Positions 8,556-17,281 of a stretch of DNA of 64,000 nt are shown here, piece after piece. Under the pieces are notes generated by a model. That model was not told the origin of the DNA, searched no databases, and was given only the letters and a program-made list of their open reading frames with translations. The DNA is from Nanoarchaeota archaeon SCGC AAA011-D5. Its GTDB lineage: Archaea > Nanobdellota > Nanobdellia > Pacearchaeales > GW2011-AR1. The stretch covers positions 70,073-134,072 of the forward strand of contig ASMP01000002.1 in the NCBI GenBank assembly GCA_000405225.1. The letters run 5' to 3'. The position numbers and the translations under genes were made by a program. How positions within the stretch are numbered: position 1 is the stretch's first letter; each line of letters starts with the position of its first letter.

Positions 8556-10099
8556 TGCCCAAAATAAAAGATTATCCCAGGGTGAAGATAGATTTTAGTC
8601 CGTATATTCCGCCGCTAAAAAAAACCAAAGATAAGACTAAGATAGATGTCAGATATGCGGTCATCTCGCCTTTTGCTTTTATCCATATATATTGGGACCC
8701 TAAAGAATATGAGGTCATCTATGAAGTAGAGGAACCAATACTGACGGAGGCGGAAAAAAATCAGCTGGACCAGATTCTTTCTGCGATGAGGGATTTGATA
8801 GATTTTGATGTTATTGTGGAAAAAGAGACCGAGAAACTTTTGGAATACATAGACAAAAGACTCAAGATAATTGCATTCGAGCTTGGGCTCAGCCTTTCTT
8901 ATGAAAGTTACAAAAAGATATATTATTACCTCGTCAGGGATTTTGTGGGTTTCAACGAGATAGAGCCTTTGCTCAGGGATTTTTTTGTTGAGGATATAGA
9001 ATGCAACGGAGTTGACAGTCGAATATACATAGTTCACAGGATTTTCAGGAATCTCAAGACAGGCCTCATTTTTAAAAACGGGGATAAGCTTGAAAGTTTT
9101 ATTGAAAAACTGGCACAGAGGAGCGGGAAATACATTTCCTATGCCTCTCCAATTCTGGATGCGAGCCTTCCAGACGGGAGCAGAATAAATGCTACATACA
9201 CCAAAGACATAACGAGCAGGGGGCCAACATTCACAATAAGGAAATTCACGAAGACTCCGTGGACTCCTCCGCAGCTTTTATATTTCAGGACCCTGAGCCC
9301 TGAGATGCTTGCTTATCTCTGGATTCTCGTTCAGTATAAGATGAACATTCTAATCACTGGAGGGACATCTTCAGGAAAGACCACGTTGCTGAATGCGATT
9401 GCCTTTTTCATACCGCCAGAGGCGAGAGTTGTTTCCATAGAAGATACCAGGGAGCTGAATCTCCCAAGAGAAAACTGGCTTCCGAGCGTTGTGAGAAGCG
9501 CTGTAGGAGGAGGAAACGTTGGGGAGATAGACCTCTTCACGCTTTTAAAGAGCTCTTTCAGGCAAAACCCAGACTATGTGATTGTTGGAGAAGTTCGTGG
9601 AAAAGAGGCATACGTATTGTTCCAGGGAATGGCTTCAGGGCACTCTTCCATAAGCACCATGCACGCAGATTCTGTTGACACAGTTATAAAAAGGCTTGAA
9701 ACTCCGCCGATAGATCTTTCCCCTGCTCTTCTGAATGTTCTGGATTGTGTATGCATCATGACCCATGCAATCGTAAAAAAACAGGAAACCAGAAAACTGA
9801 AAGAGATAGTCGAAATAATCAACGTAACCCCTGATGGGGTGGCCCTGACAAATACACCGTTCATATGGAATCCGTCAGATGACAATTTTTACTTCAAAAA
9901 GAACAGCAAGATCTTTGAAAAAATTGCAAAGAACTACGGAATAACTCTGCAGGAAATTGATGCTGAATTTAAAAGAAGGGTGAAAATCATTTATGGCCTT
10001 TACCAAAAAAATGTATTTAATTTTCAGCAGTTCCAGGACGTAGTTACCCAATATTACAAGAAGCCACAGGAAATTTTATCAAAGCTGGGTATTGCTTGA
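8555..10099 (+). CDS. Type II/IV secretion (pilus assembly) ATPase
   Basis: GGTSSGKTT Walker A, SIEDTREL, RQNPDYVIVGEVRG, GHSSISTMHA. Confidence 0.95.
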   Translation: MPKIKDYPRVKIDFSPYIPPLKKTKDKTKIDVRYAVISPFAFIHIYWDPKEYEVIYEVEEPILTEAEKNQLDQILSAMRDLIDFDVIVEKETEKLLEYIDKRLKIIAFELGLSLSYESYKKIYYYLVRDFVGFNEIEPLLRDFFVEDIECNGVDSRIYIVHRIFRNLKTGLIFKNGDKLESFIEKLAQRSGKYISYASPILDASLPDGSRINATYTKDITSRGPTFTIRKFTKTPWTPPQLLYFRTLSPEMLAYLWILVQYKMNILITGGTSSGKTTLLNAIAFFIPPEARVVSIEDTRELNLPRENWLPSVVRSAVGGGNVGEIDLFTLLKSSFRQNPDYVIVGEVRGKEAYVLFQGMASGHSSISTMHADSVDTVIKRLETPPIDLSPALLNVLDCVCIMTHAIVKKQETRKLKEIVEIINVTPDGVALTNTPFIWNPSDDNFYFKKNSKIFEKIAKNYGITLQEIDAEFKRRVKIIYGLYQKNVFNFQQFQDVVTQYYKKPQEILSKLGIA

Positions 10100-10144
10100 G
10101 ATAAAAGAGTTAAATATTAAAGGAAATCTAGATGAGGAAGTCCA

Positions 10145-10717
10145 CTATAATTTTCTTTTTTTTATCTTTTTATTTATTTTCACTAATATATAAATTATCA
10201 ATATTATAATTATTATTGGAATAATGCCTCTAATAAATTCTATAAAACTTGTAAAGATATTAATAATTAATTGTAATATAGAATTTTTTGTTGTTGGTTT
10301 ATTTACCCAGATATCTATAACTTGAACAAAGGCAGATAATGCCAAAACAATTGTTGCCCATTTTATAACATTGGATTGATTTTCCTCTGTTTGTAATTTT
10401 TTATATTTCATTAAAAAAACAATCCCCTCATTTGTCATACTATAAAGTTCTCCACCTTTCTTTTTAGAAACTAAGGAGTAAGTAAGATAGTTGTTTGAAA
10501 TACCTAAATCTTTAAAGAAGTTGAATTTTTCTTCTGTCAGCCTTCTTTTTTTGATTAATGTATTTTTATCTATCTCTTTTTTTATAAAAATTAATTTAAG
10601 AAAATAAAAGAAATCGGAGTCAAGGTAATCTAAATCTCTATCTAATTCTTTTTGTCTTCTCCTTTGTCCACTAATAAACTTATTTTTTGCTCTTTTTATT
10701 AAATTTTTGAATTTCAT
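10145..10717 (-). CDS. Hypothetical membrane protein
   Basis: AT-rich ORF with two C-terminal hydrophobic helices. Confidence 0.5.
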   Translation of the reverse strand: MKFKNLIKRAKNKFISGQRRRQKELDRDLDYLDSDFFYFLKLIFIKKEIDKNTLIKKRRLTEEKFNFFKDLGISNNYLTYSLVSKKKGGELYSMTNEGIVFLMKYKKLQTEENQSNVIKWATIVLALSAFVQVIDIWVNKPTTKNSILQLIINIFTSFIEFIRGIIPIIIIILIIYILVKINKKIKKRKL

Positions 10718-10720
10718 TTT

Positions 10721-11593
10721 TTAATCCTGATTATTTCTCCAAAGATTTCTAAAATTAAGAACTACTAATGGAACTGTAACAAATGCTACTGCTAGAAATG
10801 CTAGAAAAAACTGGATAAACCTCTCTTTATTCTTTTGAAATTCATCTTTATCAATGAAAGAATATGGGTAACCTACCTCGAATTTCACTTCTGTACCATT
10901 TAAATAAGTTTCAAAAACCCTTATTCCAAGATAAGTAGTATTTTCTAAAGCAATATTACTCATTATAGGGTTAGCCTTTTCATTATTTATAGTTAAAACA
11001 GGAATAATTTTTTCTTTTTCTGGTACAAATTGATCCTTCTCGTTTAAATCCGTTTTACAAATAATCTCGTCTCCAATAATAGCTGGACCTTGTGTTCCAC
11101 CACATTTTATTGTACCAACAGCATTCATTGTGCTGGTATCAAAAAGGTTAAGTGATAATGGGGGATTTCCTATAGAAGAATCAAGAGCATAAAAACCAAA
11201 TATCAGAACAAAACAAATAAGGAAAATGTTTAAAATTAACCATTTATTCTTTGTTATTCTTTTATTTAATCCTGAAATCAATAAGACAATTATAGGAGAA
11301 AATATTCCTGCTAAAAGGATAGAGGCAAAAAGTTCTGTTAGAAGTGTAGATACTAAAAACTTACCGAAATTCCTTATAGCTATATCAAGAATACCTTTGA
11401 CCAGAAAATTAGTCAAATAAACAACCACAAAAAGTAAAGAACCTATAAAAATTAAATAAAATAATAAAACGAAAAACAATCTTGTTTTACTTCCTTTAAA
11501 GAGATTTTCTAGAGTTTTCTTACTAGATAAAAAACCCCGTCTATCACTAAGAGAGAATTTGGATTTTCTAATCATCACATTCATATGGGGCAC
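10721..11593 (-). CDS. Hypothetical multi-pass membrane protein
   Basis: Four or more hydrophobic segments. Confidence 0.55.
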   Translation of the reverse strand: MPHMNVMIRKSKFSLSDRRGFLSSKKTLENLFKGSKTRLFFVLLFYLIFIGSLLFVVVYLTNFLVKGILDIAIRNFGKFLVSTLLTELFASILLAGIFSPIIVLLISGLNKRITKNKWLILNIFLICFVLIFGFYALDSSIGNPPLSLNLFDTSTMNAVGTIKCGGTQGPAIIGDEIICKTDLNEKDQFVPEKEKIIPVLTINNEKANPIMSNIALENTTYLGIRVFETYLNGTEVKFEVGYPYSFIDKDEFQKNKERFIQFFLAFLAVAFVTVPLVVLNFRNLWRNNQD

Positions 11594-11651
11594 TTATTTT
11601 TAAGCATTATGGAATAATAAGATATAAAAATAAGGGGGTCTCGAATTATTT

Positions 11652-12221
11652 ATGTTAATAAAAATTGATACGACTCCAAATATCATAAAAGTCCCAGATA
11701 TCAGAAAGCAAATTGAAGCTCAATTTAAAGAAAAAATAGAAAAAGAACTCCCTTCAATATTAGATAGAATGGGTGAGGTTAAAGCTCTTCTTACAGCCGA
11801 AGTGGGATTTTATTCTAACTTACTAGATGAGGCTAAAAGATGTTATGAATATGGTCAATATCATGCGACTCTTTCTATGGTAGGAATTACAGCAGAAAGA
11901 TTTTGTCTTGAATTATCAGAGCAAATGGTTTTTAAGATTAATGATTATCCAATTACTGAAGGAGAATTATTTGATGGGAGACCAATACAAAAACAAGAAT
12001 GGAGATTAAACCTATTAGAAAAAGCCAAAATAATAAAACCAGAAATATGTACGCAATTAAAAGAAATTAATACCATCAGAAATAAGTATATACATCCAAG
12101 AGAAGAGGGGGATGCAAAAGCAGATTCATTGAAAATATTAAATTCATTTATTGAAGTTCTTAACTCAAGATTTTCAGAGAAATATGACATAAAAGAGGGT
12201 AGAATTGTTATTAGAACATGA
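11652..12221 (+). CDS. HEPN/DUF4145-like protein
   Basis: YHATLSMVGITAERF helix and RNKYIH (Rx4H) motif. Confidence 0.5.
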   Translation: MLIKIDTTPNIIKVPDIRKQIEAQFKEKIEKELPSILDRMGEVKALLTAEVGFYSNLLDEAKRCYEYGQYHATLSMVGITAERFCLELSEQMVFKINDYPITEGELFDGRPIQKQEWRLNLLEKAKIIKPEICTQLKEINTIRNKYIHPREEGDAKADSLKILNSFIEVLNSRFSEKYDIKEGRIVIRT

Positions 12222-12293
12222 GATTAAAAGAAAATCCCTTAATATTTAACCATCTTGGGAAATATTTAATAACGCTTTTTCCCTCTTTTCCTT

Positions 12294-12491
12294 ATGAAAA
12301 AAGAGGGTGGGAATTCTTCAGGTTTTCTAGTAGATGATGAAATTTCCACAATAAACCATCTCATAAGAGTTTTAGGAAAGCATATAGAAAAATTTGAGAA
12401 AGCATACATTAGGCGGGATTCTGGGGAATTCAATTCACTAAAAAAGGAGGTACTTCAGATACAGAGAAAGATAAATAGTCTCGTCAAATAA
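12294..12491 (+). CDS. Small hypothetical protein
   Basis: 65-aa ORF ending 9 nt before the platform-protein gene. Confidence 0.5.
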   Translation: MKKEGGNSSGFLVDDEISTINHLIRVLGKHIEKFEKAYIRRDSGEFNSLKKEVLQIQRKINSLVK

Positions 12492-12499
12492 TAATTAAG

Positions 12500-13834
12500 A
12501 TGGCCTCAGAAAAATTAAGGGGAAGTTTTGAAAGGCAGAAAAAGATAGCAGAAGAGATAATGGAGCTTTCAGGGGAACTGAAAAATTCAACAGAAAGGGG
12601 TGAAAGGGAGATGATTTCTTCCCAGATAAAATCGCTGAAAAAATCTTTAAGGAAATCCGGAGAGAGGGTTGTTGAAGCGGCAGAGGGCATTTCTGTACTC
12701 AAACCATTAAATAAGTTCCAAGACATGTCTCTGACTTTTTCAGGCTCTCAAATGCAGCCCGGAGGAGTTATTTCTTCAGGAGAGGCGGAAGGGAAGGCAA
12801 AGGAATTTGCGGAAACTCGTCCAGGCTTGGCTAAGTTAGGGGAAAAAGTTTCAAGTCTTGAAGAGCTAACCTTAAAGAGGATGAAAAAGAAAGAGGTAAA
12901 AGTCATTAAGAAGAAGGAGAAAAAGCCGAGCCTGTATGTCAAGATTGCGAGCAGCCTTTTTTATGACAATTCAATGTCCATGATAAAGAAAGGAAAATTT
13001 TACATGCTGAGAAGGGATTTGATCAGGGCAAATATGGAATTTGTCCCCGCAAATTATATTTCCTTGATTTTTTTCACAACCATAGTTTCCTTTTTTGCGG
13101 CGATACTGGTAACCGTCTTTTTTCTTTTCTTTAGTCTCGCTGCTTCTCCTCCTTTTATTGTTTCTGTGGAAGATGGCCTTGGAGCGCGATTTCTGAAAGT
13201 ATTTTGGATTCTTTTTGCTGTTCCGGCAGGAGTTATTTTGTTAGGATATTTTTATCCTTCGATGGAGAAAAAGTCCATTGAAAGCAAGATCAATCAGGAG
13301 CTTCCGTTTGCAACAATCCATATGTCCTCTATTTCAAATTCGATGATAGAGCCCAGCAAGATTTTTTCAATAATAATCTCCACCGGAGAATACCCTCATC
13401 TCGAGAAGGAATTCACGAAGGTTTTCAACGAGGTTAATATTTACGGTTATGATCTTGTTACTGCATTGAGAGAAATGGCATTTAACTGTCCGAGCAGAAA
13501 ACTGGCAGAATTGTATAATGGACTGGCAACAACAATAACCTCTGGGGGAAACCTGCCTGAATTTTTCGATAAAAGGGCGCAGGCCCTTCTTTTTGATCAC
13601 AGGATTCAAATGGAAAAAAATTCAAAGGCTGCAGAAACTTTTATGGACATATACATAAGTGTGGTCATAGCTGCACCCATGATTCTCATGCTTCTACTGG
13701 TGATGATGAAGCTGAGCGGCTTAGGAATCTCCTTGAGTACAGGAATGATAACTCTCGTCATGATTCTGGGAGTTTCCGCCCTGAACGTGTTATTCCTTTT
13801 CTTCCTTCAGTTAAAACAGCCGGGAAATGCATAA
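12500..13834 (+). CDS. Type II secretion system F / TadC-like pilus platform protein
   Basis: INQELPFATIHM...YGYDLVTALRE T2SSF pattern and TM helices. Confidence 0.9.
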   Translation: MASEKLRGSFERQKKIAEEIMELSGELKNSTERGEREMISSQIKSLKKSLRKSGERVVEAAEGISVLKPLNKFQDMSLTFSGSQMQPGGVISSGEAEGKAKEFAETRPGLAKLGEKVSSLEELTLKRMKKKEVKVIKKKEKKPSLYVKIASSLFYDNSMSMIKKGKFYMLRRDLIRANMEFVPANYISLIFFTTIVSFFAAILVTVFFLFFSLAASPPFIVSVEDGLGARFLKVFWILFAVPAGVILLGYFYPSMEKKSIESKINQELPFATIHMSSISNSMIEPSKIFSIIISTGEYPHLEKEFTKVFNEVNIYGYDLVTALREMAFNCPSRKLAELYNGLATTITSGGNLPEFFDKRAQALLFDHRIQMEKNSKAAETFMDIYISVVIAAPMILMLLLVMMKLSGLGISLSTGMITLVMILGVSALNVLFLFFLQLKQPGNA

Positions 13835-13852
13835 ATAAAGAATACCAATAGA

Positions 13853-14695
13853 ATGGAATTAAAAAAATCACACTGGGCAGGGATGATTGCCGGAATCTTG
13901 GTAATAATTGCTTCCCTATTTTTTATGGATACCAGGTTTTTCTTTTTTATCGCAGGAATAGGGGTTTTGTTCATTGTCACTCCTTTTGTTCTTGCAATAG
14001 TCAGCGAAACGAATATTGCTACTGAAAAAGAAGATATGTTTCTGGAATTTGCCAGAAACCTGGTGGAAAGCGTAAAAACAGGCACCCCTATAAGCAAGAG
14101 CATAATCAATGTAAGAAACAAGCCTTATGGCGTCCTGAGTGAGCACATAAAAAAACTGGCAAATCAGATTTCAATTGGAATTCCCCTGAGTTCTGCGCTT
14201 CAGACTTTATCGAAAGATGTAAAAAATAAAACAATCTCAAGGGCATTGACTCTTATAGGTCAGGCAGAGCGAAGCGGGGGCGAGATAGGGGAGATTCTCG
14301 AATCTGTGACAGAAGCTGTAAGCACGTCTGACAAGCTGAAAAAAGAAAGAAAGGCTGCAATTTCAAGCCTCGTGGTTCAGGGATACATAATATTTGTAGT
14401 GTTTATAGTAATTATCTTTGTTCTGCAGTTCCAGATTCTCCCGATGTTGGTAGGTATAGTACCTGCCGCGGGCTCTTTGGGAATTGGCGGGCTGAGCGGG
14501 GGATCTTCCATAGAACAGGGAGAGCTGGCAAATGCTTTCCTATATCTTCTCCTGGTTCAGGGGTTTTTTTCAGGATTGATTATAGGAAAACTTTCTGAAG
14601 GGAACGTTAAATCAGGAATAAGGCATTCTTTCGTTCTGATGCTCCTTGCCTTTTTAACTTCAGCAGGAGCTAATGTGCTTTTTGGAGGAAGCTAA
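13853..14695 (+). CDS. Type II secretion system F / TadB-like pilus platform protein
   Basis: FLEFARNLVESVKTGTPI, GQAERSGG, GKLSEG. Confidence 0.9.
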   Translation: MELKKSHWAGMIAGILVIIASLFFMDTRFFFFIAGIGVLFIVTPFVLAIVSETNIATEKEDMFLEFARNLVESVKTGTPISKSIINVRNKPYGVLSEHIKKLANQISIGIPLSSALQTLSKDVKNKTISRALTLIGQAERSGGEIGEILESVTEAVSTSDKLKKERKAAISSLVVQGYIIFVVFIVIIFVLQFQILPMLVGIVPAAGSLGIGGLSGGSSIEQGELANAFLYLLLVQGFFSGLIIGKLSEGNVKSGIRHSFVLMLLAFLTSAGANVLFGGS

Positions 14696-14747
14696 AAAAT
14701 AAATCAGGCGCAAATAAAATGATGAATAGAGTTTTCATTTATGCCAA

Positions 14748-15467
14748 ATGAAGTCAAAAAATAAAAAAGCCACCCATGTTGGTTTTGTTGTATCTTTCGT
14801 CCTGTTCATAACCTTCCTGGTCTTCATGTACGCCATCCTTTCCTCAAGAGTGGATTTGGGGAATGAAAAGGATAATTCCTTAAATTATGCAAAAGCAGAA
14901 ATTATGGAGAGGGTCTCCGGAAACATGACAAGTGTTTCGGTGAGTATCAGCGAGCAGGGTGTGCAGCGTTGCGTGCGTTTGATAGATTTTTTTTTGAAAA
15001 CAGAGATGGGGGACAGGTTTGTTGTCGGAAGCGATTCAGGGGATGTTCTTCAGTCTGGCAAAGACGGGAATGATTTATTCGTGGAAAGGGACAGAAATAT
15101 TTTCTTCAGGGTTTACGGCTCAGAAGAATTTAATATTTCAGGGGAGGCATTGAGGAACTGCCAGGCATTGAGCGAAGAGAGCGAAGGATACTCTCTAGGG
15201 CTTAGCAGAGACAGCAGAGATGTTTTTGAATCAAAAGTGCTGAGGCTTTTTAAAAATTACACAGAAGATTACGAGGCTCTGAAGAGGGGCATGAGAATAG
15301 GCCCTGGAAATGAATTTGGTTTCGGGTTTACTTATAACAACGGAACAGAGATAAAAACTCCTGAAAAAAATGCGACTATAAATATTTATGCAGAAAGAAT
15401 GTCTATTCAGTACATAAAAAAAGATGGAACCAGGGAATCCGGTTTCATGGAATTCGTGGCCTGGTAA
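14748..15467 (+). CDS. Pilin-like / pilus accessory protein
   Basis: KKA/THVGFVVSFVLFI class III-like signal. Confidence 0.55.
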   Translation: MKSKNKKATHVGFVVSFVLFITFLVFMYAILSSRVDLGNEKDNSLNYAKAEIMERVSGNMTSVSVSISEQGVQRCVRLIDFFLKTEMGDRFVVGSDSGDVLQSGKDGNDLFVERDRNIFFRVYGSEEFNISGEALRNCQALSEESEGYSLGLSRDSRDVFESKVLRLFKNYTEDYEALKRGMRIGPGNEFGFGFTYNNGTEIKTPEKNATINIYAERMSIQYIKKDGTRESGFMEFVAW

Positions 15468-15495
15468 AAACAAGGTATCCTTTCCAGCTATGTAA

Positions 15496-15960
15496 ATGAC
15501 AAAATATAAAATTAAAAACAGACGGGGGTGGATAAGGATAGTTGAAGCTTTCGTGGCGATGCTCCTGATTGCAGGAGTTGTTTTTGTAATCATAGGGAAT
15601 GAACAGATCAAGGGAGAAGATGTTTCTTCAGAGGCATACACCTCCATGGTTTCCATCCTCAGGGAGATTGAGTTAGATGGCAATCTGAGAAGTGAGATAA
15701 TAAATACTGAGGATTCGAGCCTCCCTGTGGAATGGGCAGATTTCAGTGTGTCTGCACAGCAGACAAGGGCAAGAATAATGGAAAAAACTCCAGGCTATCT
15801 GAAATGTGTCGGAAAAATCTGTGTGACAAACGATGCCTGCCTGCTTGCACAAGATGCACAAAACCAGGAGAAAACGATATATGCAGAGTCTGTTGTAATC
15901 AGCTCAAACCTTCAAACCTATAATCCAAGACTTCTGAAACTATTCTGCTGGACAAAATAA
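15496..15960 (+). CDS. Pilin-like protein
   Basis: RRG/WIRIVEAFVAMLLI class III signal. Confidence 0.65.
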   Translation: MTKYKIKNRRGWIRIVEAFVAMLLIAGVVFVIIGNEQIKGEDVSSEAYTSMVSILREIELDGNLRSEIINTEDSSLPVEWADFSVSAQQTRARIMEKTPGYLKCVGKICVTNDACLLAQDAQNQEKTIYAESVVISSNLQTYNPRLLKLFCWTK

Positions 15961-15961
15961 A

Positions 15962-17137
15962 TTATCTTCTTCTATATCTTCCTTCGCCCTGCCAGTTTAT
16001 GAAGGGCTTTAAATGGCTGATAACTTTTATTGACTCTTTCTGCATTTCCAAGACACTATAAATATTTTTGTAGGCTTCCGGTGCCTCGTCCAAAGAGTCA
16101 TAGGTAAAGTTTCCGATGACTCCGGCGGCCTCCATTTGTTTTCTGAATGAATCAACATTTAGAATTTCTTTAGCCTTCTTCCTGCTCAATGCCCTGCCTG
16201 CTCCATGAGATGAGCTGGAAATAAAATCTTTGTTTCCTTTTCCCAATACCAAAAAAGACCCGTCTCTCATGTTTGCCGGAATTATTCCTCTTTCGCCTTT
16301 TTTTGCAGGGGTGGCTCCTTTCCTATGAACAAACAAACCATTTTCTTTCAGGGCATGGTTGTGATTTTTATTTGTCCATATTGTGTATTTTATTTTTTTA
16401 TCAAGGACTTTTTCTATTGATAAAACAGCATGGCGCACCATTTCCAGACGGTTTAATTTTGCAAACTCCAGGCAGAAATCAAGAAGATTCTGATATTCTT
16501 TGCCTTCCTGTGAATCTGAAGAAAGGGGGTTGGTTGCCTCAAAACCCTCTTCTTTTCCAGAAGATTTTTTCATGTACAAGGTGGCAATCCAATGTCCAAC
16601 TCCCCTCGAGCCAGAATGAATAACAATCCAGGGATTTCCGGAAGAGTCCGAGTTCAAGGAAATAAAATGATTTCCGTGTCCGAGAGTTCCCAAGCTTCGC
16701 AGGGGTTTTTCGGATTCAAGAAATTGTAATACATTCATGTTATAAGGGCCTTTTTTAAAATTTGACAGGATTGCTTTGTAATCTTTCTTTGTTTTGTCTG
16801 TTATCGTGGAATCAGATTTATGAACTGCGCCGAGGCCCATTGGAATCTGCCTCTTTATTTGCTCGTAGACCAAGCTTGCTTTTTCCCTGAGATCTTTTAA
16901 AATATTTTTCGGAAGTTTGGCTGCAGTCATGCCGCATCCTATATCATATCCTACCCACGCAGGAACAAGATGTCCTTTAGTGACCAAAACCGCACCTATT
17001 GGAGCAACATATCCTAGGTGCGCATCCGGCATTAAAGATGCCTTAACCACATAGGATTCAGAATAACAATTCCTGAACTGCTCCATTGTTTTTTCATCGG
17101 GATCCAATGCGAAGTTTGTTATCTGTTTTTTTATCAT
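15962..17137 (-). CDS. rtcB: RtcB family RNA ligase
   Basis: MPDAH, VGYDIGCG, GNHF, HSGSRG, HRKGAT, SHGAGR; start at ATG 17137 preferred (ORF track 17185). Confidence 0.95.
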   Translation of the reverse strand: MIKKQITNFALDPDEKTMEQFRNCYSESYVVKASLMPDAHLGYVAPIGAVLVTKGHLVPAWVGYDIGCGMTAAKLPKNILKDLREKASLVYEQIKRQIPMGLGAVHKSDSTITDKTKKDYKAILSNFKKGPYNMNVLQFLESEKPLRSLGTLGHGNHFISLNSDSSGNPWIVIHSGSRGVGHWIATLYMKKSSGKEEGFEATNPLSSDSQEGKEYQNLLDFCLEFAKLNRLEMVRHAVLSIEKVLDKKIKYTIWTNKNHNHALKENGLFVHRKGATPAKKGERGIIPANMRDGSFLVLGKGNKDFISSSSHGAGRALSRKKAKEILNVDSFRKQMEAAGVIGNFTYDSLDEAPEAYKNIYSVLEMQKESIKVISHLKPFINWQGEGRYRRR

Positions 17138-17281
17138 GATTATAAAAGCAGAGTGAAGTTTAAGAAAGTTGTGAATATTATGCACTGTTATCCGGGCATC
17201 TTCAAGATTTTCCGAGAAAACAAGAATATTTATAAAAGATATTCGATTAATAAAGGAGATACAATAACAATATACGGAAAA

